From NCBI GenBank assembly GCA_963699725.1, contig CAVOVA010000001.1, positions 75,937 through 139,936 of the forward strand: DNA of 64,000 nucleotides. Reading direction: 5' to 3'. The notes beneath the pieces are model-generated. The model had not been told where the DNA came from, did not search any database, and saw nothing but the letters and a program-made list of their open reading frames with translations. This document shows positions 35,577 through 45,227 of the stretch, in pieces; the stretch's first letter is position 1; every line of letters starts with the position of its first letter. Position numbers and translations under genes: made by a program. This DNA is from an uncultured Thermoleophilia bacterium. GTDB taxonomy: Bacteria; Actinomycetota; Thermoleophilia; UBA2241.

Positions 35577-36830
35577 ATGCACCAAGTCAACGTCGGCCGC
35601 AAGTCGCTGGCCGACTACCGCAGCATCGTCCCCCGGGACTTGATGGCCGAGATCGACGAGCTCGGCGAGCGGCTCAAGGGCCGGCAGGTCCTGCACGTGA
35701 ACGCCACCGCCTTCGGCGGCGGCGTCGCCGAGATCCTGTACACGCTCGTCCCTCTGGTGACCGACGTCGGCCTCGAGGCGCACTGGCAGATCCTCACGGC
35801 GCCGCCCGAGTTCTTCAACGTCACCAAGACCTTCCATAACGGCCTCCAGGGGCACGCGGTGGAGTTCCCCGCCGAGGCGCGGGCGCTCTACGAGGAGGTC
35901 TGCCGCGCCAACGCTGCCGAGCTCACGCGGCCCTACGACTTCGTCGTCGTCCACGACCCGCAGCCGCTGGCCATCCGCGACTTCGTCACCCGCGGCCAGG
36001 ACCGCTCGACGTGGTGGATCTGGCGCTGCCACATCGACACCTCCACGCCGGATCGGGGACTCTACGACTACCTGCTGCCCTCCATCAACCGCTACGACGC
36101 CGCCGTCTATACGCTCGCCGACTACGTGCCCGACGGCCTCACGGTGCCGGTGCGCCAGATCGCCCCGACCATCGATCCTCTGGCGCCCAAGAACATGCAG
36201 CTCTCGGCGGAGGACGCCACGTACATCGTGCGCCAGTTCGGCATCGACGTGGAGCGGCCACTGCTCCTGCAGGTCTCGCGCTTCGACCTCTGGAAGGACC
36301 CGCTCGGCGTGGTCGATGTCTATCGTACCGTCAAGGCGAAGCACCCGGACGTCCAGCTCGCGCTCGTGGGCTCCATGGCCAGCGACGACCCGGAGGGCTG
36401 GGACTACCTCGAGCGCGTCATCGCCTACGTGGGCGGCGACCCCGACGTCTTCATCCTCTCCAACCTCGACAACGTGGGCTCGGTCGAGATCAACGCCTTC
36501 CAGAGTCACGCCGACGTGATCATGCAGAAGTCGACGCGCGAGGGGTTCGGGTTGACCGTGGCCGAGGGTCTGTGGAAGGGGCGGCCCACCATCGGCGGCG
36601 ACGTCGGCGGCATCCCGCTGCAGATCGAGGACGGCGTCACCGGCTATCTCGTGCAGTCCGCCGCGGAGTGCGCGGAGCGCTGCCTCCAGGTGCTCGCCGA
36701 CCCGGCGAGGCATCGCGCCATGGCGCTGCTCGGCAAGGAGACGGTGCGCCGCGAGTTTCTGACGCCGCGTCTGATCCGCGACGACCTGCGGCTCTTCGCC
36801 GACCTCGAGGCGGGTAAGATAGGAGCCTGA
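35577..36830 (+). CDS. treT: Trehalose glycosyltransferring synthase TreT (GT4).
   Basis: MHQVNVGRKSLADYRSIVP...LKGRQVLHVNATAFGGGVAEILYTLVPL...EFFNVTKTFHNGLQG...REGFGLTVAEGLWKGRP... Strong block similarity to archaeal and bacterial TreT. Sits next to otsA. Confidence 0.85.
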   Translation: MHQVNVGRKSLADYRSIVPRDLMAEIDELGERLKGRQVLHVNATAFGGGVAEILYTLVPLVTDVGLEAHWQILTAPPEFFNVTKTFHNGLQGHAVEFPAEARALYEEVCRANAAELTRPYDFVVVHDPQPLAIRDFVTRGQDRSTWWIWRCHIDTSTPDRGLYDYLLPSINRYDAAVYTLADYVPDGLTVPVRQIAPTIDPLAPKNMQLSAEDATYIVRQFGIDVERPLLLQVSRFDLWKDPLGVVDVYRTVKAKHPDVQLALVGSMASDDPEGWDYLERVIAYVGGDPDVFILSNLDNVGSVEINAFQSHADVIMQKSTREGFGLTVAEGLWKGRPTIGGDVGGIPLQIEDGVTGYLVQSAAECAERCLQVLADPARHRAMALLGKETVRREFLTPRLIRDDLRLFADLEAGKIGA

Positions 36831-36853
36831 TCAGCCAACGGGAGGAGGGCGGC

Positions 36854-38368
36854 GTGGAGAGTCTCGATCTCGCACAGCGCCGCCTTGTGGTGGCCGCCAA
36901 CCGCGGGCCTGTGTCGTTCCACGACGACCCATCGGGAGAGCCGGTCGTCACGCGCGGCCCCGGCGGCCTCGTCACCGTCCTTACCGAGGTCTTGCGGCAG
37001 CACCCCGGCACGTGGGTGGCGGCGGCGCTCGGCGACGAGGAGCGCCGCCTGGCGGCCGAGCAACGGGCGGTCGACGTGGATCTTGACGGCGACCGCTACC
37101 GGCTGCGATACGTCGACGCGGACCCGGCTGCGTACGACAAGTACTACAACGTCGTCGCCAACCCCATGCTGTGGTTCATCCAGCACTACCTGTGGGATCT
37201 CGGCAGGCACCCCGATATCGGCGCTGAAGAGCTGGATGCCTGGCATAACGGCTACCTGGTCGTCAACGACCTGTTCGCGCGCGCGGTCATCGACGAGGTG
37301 CGGCGCGGGCAGGACGGGCGTCGCCGGCGCGGCCATGCCGGCGACGGCGGCGACGCTCTCGTCTTTCTTCACGATTACCAGCTGTACTGCGTGGCTCCTC
37401 AGGTCCGCGCGGCGTGCCCGGACGCTTTTCTCCACCAGTTCATCCACATCCCCTGGCCGCAGAGCGACTACTGGCGCGTACTGCCCGAGCACATCCGTGA
37501 GGCGGTGTTCCGGGGCCTGCTCGGCAACGACGTCGTCGCGCTCCACACGCTCGGCTACGCGCGCAACTTCCTGCGCTGCTGCCAGGATCTGCTCGAGCTG
37601 GAGGTGGACGCGGCCGCCGGTGTCGTGCGGTACGAAGACCGCGACGTGTGGGTGCGCGCCTACCCGGTGAGCATCGATCCGGCGTCGCTGCGCGCCGCGG
37701 CGAAGTCGCGCCGCGCCTACAGCGCGGAGCGCGGGCTACTCAGCAAGCGGCGCGAGTTCCTGCTGCTGCGTGTGGACCGTCTCGACCTCAGCAAGAACAT
37801 CATCCGGGGGTTCGTGGCGCTGGACCGCTTCCTCGACCTGCATCCGGAGTTCAAGGAGCGCCTGACCTTTCTCGCCCTGCTGCAGCCGTCCCGGCAGGAC
37901 GTCGAGGAGTACGTGACGTATCGGGAGAGAGTAGAGCGTGTGGTGGCCGACGTGAACACGCGCCACGGGACACCCGACTGGATGCCCATCGACCTGCGCA
38001 TCCAGGACGACTTCCCGGTCACCCTGGCGGCCTACGCCCAGTACGACGTCCTGTACGTGAACGCGATCACCGACGGCATGAATCTTGTCGCGAAGGAGGG
38101 CCCCATCCTCAACCGCCGCGACGGCGTGCTCGTGCTCAGTGAGTACGCGGGCGCCTACGAGGAGCTGGGCGCCTTCGCGCTCGGTGTCAACCCGTTCAAC
38201 ATCGAGCAGCAGGCGGACGCCATCTATCGCGCGCTCACCATGGATCCCGGCGAGCGCGAGGACAGGGCGCGGATGCTCCGCACGGTGGTCGAGGGCAACA
38301 GCATCGAGAAATGGGTGGCCGCGCAGTTCACCGATATCGTGGCCAAACTGGACGCCAGGGGCGCCTGA
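36854..38368 (+). CDS. otsA: Alpha,alpha-trehalose-phosphate synthase OtsA (GT20).
   Basis: GTG start. RLVVAANRGPVSFHDD...VFLHDYQLYCVAPQVR...IHIPWP...GYARNFL...LRVDRLDLSKNI...VNAITDGMNLVAKEG. Confidence 0.85.
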   Translation: MESLDLAQRRLVVAANRGPVSFHDDPSGEPVVTRGPGGLVTVLTEVLRQHPGTWVAAALGDEERRLAAEQRAVDVDLDGDRYRLRYVDADPAAYDKYYNVVANPMLWFIQHYLWDLGRHPDIGAEELDAWHNGYLVVNDLFARAVIDEVRRGQDGRRRRGHAGDGGDALVFLHDYQLYCVAPQVRAACPDAFLHQFIHIPWPQSDYWRVLPEHIREAVFRGLLGNDVVALHTLGYARNFLRCCQDLLELEVDAAAGVVRYEDRDVWVRAYPVSIDPASLRAAAKSRRAYSAERGLLSKRREFLLLRVDRLDLSKNIIRGFVALDRFLDLHPEFKERLTFLALLQPSRQDVEEYVTYRERVERVVADVNTRHGTPDWMPIDLRIQDDFPVTLAAYAQYDVLYVNAITDGMNLVAKEGPILNRRDGVLVLSEYAGAYEELGAFALGVNPFNIEQQADAIYRALTMDPGEREDRARMLRTVVEGNSIEKWVAAQFTDIVAKLDARGA

Positions 38369-38444
38369 CCGCGGGAGCGTCGCGGCAGGCTGTGCGCCCG
38401 CGGGCCGGGCGCCTGGTGATCGGCGTTCCTGGTCCGCCCGTCCG

Positions 38445-39140
38445 TCAAGCGTGCGGGTAGGCGATGATCAGGTACGCGCAGTACACCAGGAACATCCCGG
38501 CGACGACGTTCACCGCGTAGCGCACGCCCCGGACCTTGAACCGCTGCCCGAGGGCGATGAGGAAGAGCACCGCCGCCAGGAAGACGGTGACACGGACGTA
38601 GTGCTCCGCCGTGTCACGCGCCGTGGCTCCTTCCTCGAAGGCGGCCGCCGCCTCTTCGCCCAGCGTCGCCGCTTCCTCCGCAAAGGAGTCCTCGAACTCC
38701 GGCATCTGGCCGGGGCCGGCGGGCGCGTCGGGGTTCGTCAGGGGGTCGGTCGTCAGCCAGGCGTCGAACGCGATCCTGTACTCCGGCGTGAAGCGGTCTG
38801 TCAGGATGGCGGCCAGCTCGTCGTTGCCGGAGGTCTTTGCCTGCAGCCAAGCGTTGACGTTGCCGGCGTTGTACGCGAGGTACTGGTTGCTGGTGAGGAA
38901 CGCCTGCTCGGACTGTACGCGCAGGCGGGAGGACGTCGCGTACCCCTTGGCGCTCTCTCCGTCCCAGCGCGCCGCCTGATAGCCGCTGACTGCCGTCACC
39001 ACCGCCACGATCGCCAGCAGGATCGCCTCCGCGATCTCGACGAACTCGACCCGCCGTCGGCTGGGCTCCTCGGGGTCGCTGTGCCCGCCGTGCTCGCGCA
39101 GGTGTTCCGCGACCTCGGCGTTGATGTTCCCCTCCGGCAT
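38445..39140 (-). CDS. DUF4337-like membrane protein.
   Basis: N-terminal charged region, a transmembrane helix (ILLAIVAVVTAVSGY), a coiled/hydrophilic middle, and a C-terminal transmembrane helix. Confidence 0.5.
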   Translation of the reverse strand: MPEGNINAEVAEHLREHGGHSDPEEPSRRRVEFVEIAEAILLAIVAVVTAVSGYQAARWDGESAKGYATSSRLRVQSEQAFLTSNQYLAYNAGNVNAWLQAKTSGNDELAAILTDRFTPEYRIAFDAWLTTDPLTNPDAPAGPGQMPEFEDSFAEEAATLGEEAAAAFEEGATARDTAEHYVRVTVFLAAVLFLIALGQRFKVRGVRYAVNVVAGMFLVYCAYLIIAYPHA

Positions 39141-39349
39141 GACCGCTCCCCTGTCGTCGCGACGATGTCCGTTCCACGCGCCGCAGATGCTACTACAGGT
39201 GTCGAGGAGTCCGTACCACGCGGCGCCGACCTCGGACGGCTGACTTGACCAAAGTCCAGCGTCTCCGGCGGCCTGGCGGGTATCCTGAGGTCGGACCAGC
39301 GACCGGAGCTGCCGCGCGTGGTGCCGCGGCGAGCTGCGACGAGGTGACC

Positions 39350-39598
39350 ATGATCCTCGAGATCTTTGCGTGCGACGATGGACTCTGCGTGGACCTCCAG
39401 TCCGCCGTGGACGCCGCCTTGTGTGAGCTCGGGCTCGCCGGGGAGGCGACCGTCTACCGGATCACGGATCCGGCCATCATGGTCGGCCGCGGCGTCTGGC
39501 GGGCGCCGGGGCTGGCCGTCAACGGCAGGATCGTGTCCCGGGGCAAGCCGCTCTCGGTCGAGCGGGTGGTGGAGCTGATCCGCGCCGCCGCCCGCTGA
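39350..39598 (+). CDS. Small thioredoxin-fold protein (Thioredoxin_3-like) with a CX4C motif.
   Basis: MILEIFACDDGLCVDLQSAVDAALCELGLAGEATVYRITD...AVNGRIVSRGKP. Shine-Dalgarno GAGGTGA. Confidence 0.5.
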   Translation: MILEIFACDDGLCVDLQSAVDAALCELGLAGEATVYRITDPAIMVGRGVWRAPGLAVNGRIVSRGKPLSVERVVELIRAAAR

Positions 39599-39660
39599 GA
39601 GACCACGTTGGCCGGCGGTCGGCCGAAGCTCTCCGGCGCCGGCGGGACGGCGTCCGGCGC

Positions 39661-40740
39661 TCAGCGTGCAGTGGTGCGTGCGCGCGCGACTGCGAGGTAC
39701 TCCTCGGCGAGGTCGACGCCCACCGACCGGCGGCCGAGCTCCGACGCCACCAGCATAGCCGTCCCCGTCCCGCAGAAGGGATCCAGCACGACGCCGGCCG
39801 GCGGGCAGGTGGCGAGGATGGGGATGCGGCACAGGTCGGCCGGAAACGGGGCGAAGTGAGGGCCACGGCCCTGGGTGTCCTCCGGCAGGATGTCCCAGAC
39901 GTCGCCGGGCTTGCTGCCGCCGGGGTGGTAGCGAAGGAAGTAGAAGCCACGTTCCTCCAGCTCGCGGGCGCGGCCGGACACGGCGCCGACGTCGGAGTGC
40001 GTCGCCCGCTGCCGCCCGCGGACGATCATGCGGAAGTCGGCGAGGCGGCCGTCGCGGACTTCGCCGAGCGTCTCCTCGAGCGCCCCTAGCGCCGCCGCCT
40101 TCTCGATGTCGTCGAGCGCCGTCGAGAGCTCGATCTGGCGGCGGTAGCGCACGCCGCTGACGCCGGTGGCCGAGACGACGGCGCCGTCCTCGACGCGCGC
40201 GGCGCGCGGTGCGTGCCTCACCGCGTCGGCGTCGTAGTAGTAGCCGCGTGGCCGCAGCACGAAGTGGAAGAGCAGCTCGTGCACGTTGCGCAGCTTGTCC
40301 CGGCTCGTGTCCGGCCCGCCCTTCACCTTGTGCCACACCACGCTGTTGCGGAGCGTCCAGCCCTGCTCGTCGGCGAGGTGGAAGGCGACGCGCCACGGGA
40401 TCCCGAGCTGGCGCTTGCCGCGGTAGGTGTCGCCGAGGTTGAGCCAGAGCGAGCCGGTGGGTCTGAGCACACGAAGGAGCCCGGAGGTCACGGCGCCCAG
40501 GGCGGCCACATACGCCTGCCAGTTCCCCTCGGCGCCGATGCCGCCGCCGGCGTACCGCCGATGACCGAAGTACGGCGGACTGGTGACGACGCAGTCGACC
40601 GACTCGTCGGGGAAGAGGCGGAGGACCTCGGCGGCGTCACCGAGCAGGAAGAGAGGTCGAGGGCGTGCTTCTCCGCCCGCCCCCGACAGATACGCGGCGA
40701 GTCCCGACACGCCGTCCGGGGCGCCGCCGGAGGCGCTCAC
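39661..40740 (-). CDS. DNA methyltransferase, beta-class N4-cytosine/N6-adenine (PF01555). Orphan.
   Basis: Motif IV DCVVTSPPYF near the N-terminus and motif I VLDPFCGTGTA near the C-terminus. Its GTG start overlaps the upstream GT4 stop (GTGA). Confidence 0.8.
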   Translation of the reverse strand: MSASGGAPDGVSGLAAYLSGAGGEARPRPLFLLGDAAEVLRLFPDESVDCVVTSPPYFGHRRYAGGGIGAEGNWQAYVAALGAVTSGLLRVLRPTGSLWLNLGDTYRGKRQLGIPWRVAFHLADEQGWTLRNSVVWHKVKGGPDTSRDKLRNVHELLFHFVLRPRGYYYDADAVRHAPRAARVEDGAVVSATGVSGVRYRRQIELSTALDDIEKAAALGALEETLGEVRDGRLADFRMIVRGRQRATHSDVGAVSGRARELEERGFYFLRYHPGGSKPGDVWDILPEDTQGRGPHFAPFPADLCRIPILATCPPAGVVLDPFCGTGTAMLVASELGRRSVGVDLAEEYLAVARARTTAR

Positions 40741-41762
40741 CCGCCGAGGACGCGCCGGTAGATCGCCTCGTAGTCGGCGACCATGCGCCCGACCGTGAAC
40801 CGTTCTTCGACCGTGCGGCGACAGACGGCCGGGTCGATCTCACCGACCCGGCCCACGGCCGCGATGAACTCCTCGAGGTCGTCACGTACGAAGCCGGTGA
40901 CGCCGTCGTCCACGACCTCCGGCACCGAGCCCTGGCGCAGCGCCACGACGGGCGTGCCGCAGGCCATCGCCTCGATCATCACCAGGCCGAACGGCTCCGG
41001 CCAGGTGATGGGGAAGAGGAAGGCGTGCGCGTGGGCGAACAACTCGCGCTTGCGGGCGTCGCTCACCTCGCCTTCGTAGACGATCTGGTCGCCGTCGATG
41101 TGCGGGGCGACCGATGTCTCGAAGTACTCGCGGTACGTCTCCTGCAGCACGCCGGCCATGATGAGCCGCCGGCCGGTGCGTTTGGCCGCCTCGATGCTGA
41201 GATGGAAGCCCTTGGCTCCGCAGACTCGCCCGAAGGCGAGCAGGTAGTCGTCCTTCTCAGGGGTGTAGGGCCATTGCTCGACGGCGATGGCGTTGTAGGC
41301 GAAGCCGGCCCAATTCATCGCCGGCGGACCCATCGACTGCTGGTACGCGCTGATGCCGACGTACGGCACCTCGCCGGCGAACTGCTCGTAGAAGCCGTAG
41401 GCGGCGGCGTCGAAGGCGCAGTGCACGGTGTGCACCATCGGAGTCGCCAGATAGCGGCTGAAGGCGATGCCGATGAAGCCGGAGTGGTCGTGGACGAGGT
41501 CGAACCCGTCCTCGTCGATGTCGGCGAAGGCGAACGAGACCTGCCGCGCGTCGTAACTGGTCTGGCCGAGGACCTCGGGCATCTGCCTGGGGAAGAGGGC
41601 GCAGAGCTCGGCGGCCGTGTGCGAGTCGCCGGTGGCGTAGAGGCGGACCTCGTGCCCGCGCTCCACGAGCCCGTCGCACAACTGCTGGACGACCCATTCG
41701 GTGCCGCCGTAGCCGGCGGGTGGGACGGTGATCCAGGGGGGTGCGAGCTGTGCGATGCGCAT
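40737..41762 (-). CDS. GT4-family glycosyltransferase.
   Basis: MRIAQLAPPWITVPPAGYGGTEWVVQQLCDGLVERGHEV...EPFGLVMIEAMACGTPVVA (EX7E motif). Confidence 0.8.
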   Translation of the reverse strand: MRIAQLAPPWITVPPAGYGGTEWVVQQLCDGLVERGHEVRLYATGDSHTAAELCALFPRQMPEVLGQTSYDARQVSFAFADIDEDGFDLVHDHSGFIGIAFSRYLATPMVHTVHCAFDAAAYGFYEQFAGEVPYVGISAYQQSMGPPAMNWAGFAYNAIAVEQWPYTPEKDDYLLAFGRVCGAKGFHLSIEAAKRTGRRLIMAGVLQETYREYFETSVAPHIDGDQIVYEGEVSDARKRELFAHAHAFLFPITWPEPFGLVMIEAMACGTPVVALRQGSVPEVVDDGVTGFVRDDLEEFIAAVGRVGEIDPAVCRRTVEERFTVGRMVADYEAIYRRVLGG

Positions 41763-41908
41763 GGCGGCATTCTATAGGAGGAACGGGTGTGCGCGAGGCG
41801 CTTATGGACGCCGGGCGTCCTGCCGATGGGAGGCACACGCCCGGCATCCCGGCCGAACGATGGCGGGTATGGTCACCGTGCGAGGCGACGGCGAGGTAGA
41901 GTACGGCG

Positions 41909-43204
41909 ATGATCCTGTACCTGGACTGCTCGAGCGGCATCAGCGGCGACATGCTGGTCGCCGCGCTGCTCTCACTGGAAGGGGCGCGCGAGTCCGACCC
42001 CGGCCCCTTCGAAGATCTGCTTCGTCCCGCGCTGGCCGCGGCCGGCATCGATCCGCGGCTCGTTCAGATCGAGGACGTGCGCCGCGGCGGCATGGCGGCG
42101 CTGGCCTTCAGGGTCGCCGACCAGCCGGGCTTCGCTACCTTCGATGAACTCATCGTGTCCCTGTACGCGTCGGACCTCGAGCAGCCGGTCGCCGACGCGG
42201 TCGCCTCCATCGCTGAGCGCATGGCCGCCGCGGAGGCGGAGGTGCACGGCCGCGACGAGAAGCACCTGCACGAGCTGAGCGACGTCGACACGGCCGTCGA
42301 CCTCATCTGCGCCGCGACTCTGCTGGACAGGCTCGCGCCGGAGCAGGTCGTCGCGTCGCCGCCGGCGCTCGGCGACGGGGAGATTGAGACCGCGCACGGC
42401 CGGCTGAGCGTCCCGGCGCCGGCCGTGCTGTCCCTGGTCGCCGGATTGCCGACGGCCGGGGGAGCCCCCGCCGTCCCGGCGGGGGGGACGCCGGCCGCCC
42501 CGCTCGGAGAGCTCACGACGCCGACCGGCGCCGCCCTGCTCGCGCACTACGCGGCGGCCTTCGGCGGCCTGCCCTCCGGCTGCATCGAGCGCGTCGGCTA
42601 CGGCGCCGGCCGCCGTGAGGTGCCGGGCCGGCCCAACGTGTTGCGCGCCGTCCTCGTGGACCCGGCGGCCATGCCGGAGGAGGCCGGCGAGCCGCTCGAC
42701 GCCGCGCTCGCATCCGCGGCGCCGGCCGGCGTCGCGCTTGCGAGCGGGCACCGCGCCGGCGACCACGTCGTCATCGAGGCCAACATCGACGACATGACAC
42801 CGGAGTTGCTCGCGCACGCCGCCGAAGCGCTGCGCGAGACCGGGGCGCTCGACGTGTGGATGAGCGACGCGCTCATGAAGAAGGGTCGCCCCGGCGTGGT
42901 GCTGCACGTGCTCGCCGCGACGGCCGACCGCGAGCGCATCATCGCCGCGATCTTCGCCGAGACCACGACCTTCGGCGTCCGCGTCGTGCCCTGCGGCCGC
43001 GAGTATGCGGAAGAACGCCGCGAGACGGTCCAGATCGGCAAGCTCAAGGTCGACGTCCGTCTCAGCTTCGTCGGCGGCAAGCTCGCCACCGTCTCGCCCG
43101 AGTACGAGGACGTGCGCCGCGTGGCGGCGACGGTGGGGCGGCCCGCAAGGGTCGTCTACGAGGCCGCGCAGTCGGCTGCCCGCAGCCGCTTCAGCGGCTC
43201 CTGA
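41909..43204 (+). CDS. larC: Nickel-pincer cofactor biosynthesis nickel-insertion protein LarC (DUF111).
   Basis: MILYLDCSSGISGDMLVAALLSLEG...LTTPTGAALLAH... Confidence 0.75.
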   Translation: MILYLDCSSGISGDMLVAALLSLEGARESDPGPFEDLLRPALAAAGIDPRLVQIEDVRRGGMAALAFRVADQPGFATFDELIVSLYASDLEQPVADAVASIAERMAAAEAEVHGRDEKHLHELSDVDTAVDLICAATLLDRLAPEQVVASPPALGDGEIETAHGRLSVPAPAVLSLVAGLPTAGGAPAVPAGGTPAAPLGELTTPTGAALLAHYAAAFGGLPSGCIERVGYGAGRREVPGRPNVLRAVLVDPAAMPEEAGEPLDAALASAAPAGVALASGHRAGDHVVIEANIDDMTPELLAHAAEALRETGALDVWMSDALMKKGRPGVVLHVLAATADRERIIAAIFAETTTFGVRVVPCGREYAEERRETVQIGKLKVDVRLSFVGGKLATVSPEYEDVRRVAATVGRPARVVYEAAQSAARSRFSGS

Positions 43205-43246
43205 CGGCGCCGTCTGACAGTTCTCCCGGCACGTACCGCTCCGCAA

Positions 43247-43276
43247 TTGACCCGTTTCTGCGCGGGCTAGTACAAT
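43247..43276 (+). promoter_or_regulatory. Sigma70-like promoter upstream of fhs (TTGACC-N18-TACAAT).
   Basis: Hexamers read from the sequence. Followed by a roughly 90-nt structured leader. Confidence 0.45.
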
Positions 43277-43367
43277 CGGTCACAAGGTGCCGGCGCGCTG
43301 CCCTCTCGGGGTGCGCCGGCTCTCATCAGCGAAACGCGCGGGATAGTGGAGACAGAAGGAGGACGCG

Positions 43368-45077
43368 TTGAGTTCGATCATTCGCAAGTCCCCGGTGCCG
43401 AGCGACATCGAGATCGCCCAGGCCGCCACCATGCAGCCCATCCAGGCGATCGCCGAGAAGGCCGGCATCCTCGAGGACGAGCTGGAGCTCTACGGTCGCT
43501 ACAAGGCCAAGATCGACTACATGGCCCTGCTCGACCGTCTCAAGGACAAGCCCGACGGCAAGATCATCGACGTCACCGCGATCACCCCGACGCCGCTCGG
43601 CGAGGGCAAGACCGTCACCGCGGTCGGCCTCTCGGAGAGCATGAACGCCGTCGGCATCGACACCATGCTCGCCCTGCGTGAGCCGTCCCTCGGCCCGGTC
43701 TTCGGCATCAAGGGCGGCGCGGCCGGCGGCGGCTACTCGCAGCTCATTCCGATGGAGGATCTCAACCTCCACTTCACCGGTGACATCCACGCCGTCGGCG
43801 CGGCCAACAACCTGCTCGCGGCGATGGTCGACAGTCACCTCATGCACGGCAACGAGCTCGATATCGATCCGCTGTCGATCTCGTGGCGCCGCGTCGTGGA
43901 CCTCAACGACCGCGCCATGCGCGAGATCGTCAACGGTCTCGGCGGCAAGCTGAACGGCATCCCGCGCCAGACCGGCTATGACATCACCGTCGCCAGCGAG
44001 GTCATGGCCATTCTCGGCCTCGCCACCTCGCTCAAGGACCTGCGCGAGCGCCTCGGCCGCATCACCTTCGCCTACGACACGTCGGGCAAACCGCTCACCG
44101 CCGACGATATCGGCGCCGGCGGCGCCATGACCGTGCTCCTCAAGGACGCCATCAAGCCGAACCTCATGCAGACGCTGGAGGGCAACGCGGCGCTCATCCA
44201 CGCCGGCCCGTTCGCCAACATCGCCCAGGGCAACAACTCCATCATCGCCGACAAGGTCGGCATGAAGCTCAGCGACTACGTCGTCACCGAGAGCGGCTTC
44301 GCCGCCGACCTGGGCGCCGAGAAGTTCATGGACATCATCTGCCGCTACGGCGGCTTCGCGCCGAGCGCCGTGGTCATCACGTGCACCATGCGCGCCCTCA
44401 AGATGCACGGCGGCTTGCCGGTCAACCCCGAGCTGCTCAAGGAAGAGAACAACGAGGCCCTCTCAAAGGGCTGCGAGAACCTCGCCAAGCAGATCGAGAA
44501 CATGAAGTACTTCGGCGTGCCGGTCGTGGTGACGATCAACCGGTTCGCGTTCGACCGCGACGCCGAGATCGAGATCGTGCGCAAGGCTGCGATCGAGGCC
44601 GGCGCCGAGGACGCAGTGCCGATCAACGTCCACGCGATGGGTGGCGACGGCGGTCAGGAGGCGGCCGAGGTCGTCAAGGCGGCCGCCGACAAGGGCGGCG
44701 ACTTCCAGTTCCTGTATCCGCTCGAGGCCTCCATCAAGGAGAAGATCGAGACCATCGCCACCAAGATCTACGGCGCCGACGGCGTGGACTACCTGCCGGC
44801 GGCCGAGGCCAAGATCCAGCAGTTCACCGAGCAGGGTCTCGACAAACTGCCGCTCTGCATGGCCAAGACGCACCTGTCGCTGAGTCACGACCCGGCGCTC
44901 AAGGGCCGTCCGCGCGGCTTCCGCGTGCCGATCCGCGACATCCGTCCCGCCACCGGCGCCGGGTACCTGTACCCGCTGCTCGGCGAGATGCGCACCATGC
45001 CCGGCCTGGCCAAGCGGCCGGCCGCAGTCGACGTCGACATCGACGTCGAGACCGGCCGGATCATCGGCCTGTTCTGA
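43368..45077 (+). CDS. fhs: Formate--tetrahydrofolate ligase.
   Basis: TTG start with Shine-Dalgarno AGGAGGA. ...SDIEIAQ...ITPTPLGEGKTVT...EDLNLHFTGDIHA...AHGGF... Confidence 0.9.
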   Translation: MSSIIRKSPVPSDIEIAQAATMQPIQAIAEKAGILEDELELYGRYKAKIDYMALLDRLKDKPDGKIIDVTAITPTPLGEGKTVTAVGLSESMNAVGIDTMLALREPSLGPVFGIKGGAAGGGYSQLIPMEDLNLHFTGDIHAVGAANNLLAAMVDSHLMHGNELDIDPLSISWRRVVDLNDRAMREIVNGLGGKLNGIPRQTGYDITVASEVMAILGLATSLKDLRERLGRITFAYDTSGKPLTADDIGAGGAMTVLLKDAIKPNLMQTLEGNAALIHAGPFANIAQGNNSIIADKVGMKLSDYVVTESGFAADLGAEKFMDIICRYGGFAPSAVVITCTMRALKMHGGLPVNPELLKEENNEALSKGCENLAKQIENMKYFGVPVVVTINRFAFDRDAEIEIVRKAAIEAGAEDAVPINVHAMGGDGGQEAAEVVKAAADKGGDFQFLYPLEASIKEKIETIATKIYGADGVDYLPAAEAKIQQFTEQGLDKLPLCMAKTHLSLSHDPALKGRPRGFRVPIRDIRPATGAGYLYPLLGEMRTMPGLAKRPAAVDVDIDVETGRIIGLF

Positions 45078-45227
45078 GAACCTGAAGGAGCGACCCCGGG
45101 GCGCCGGCCGCCATGCGGCGCCGGCGCCCCGCGGAGCCCTTCTGGGCTCCGCTTCGACCGGCGACTCGTCCGGCCTGCCGGTCGCTCCCCGTCCGCGGCG
45201 CCCCGCGCGCCGCGCTGGAGGTACACG

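Noticed and set aside
31786-41762. Genomic island or prophage integrated at tRNA-Gly.
   Set aside because: No integrase, recombinase, phage structural genes or direct repeat of the tRNA 3-prime end were seen. Downstream genes (feoB, treT, otsA) are ordinary housekeeping or stress functions with the same composition as the rest of the window.
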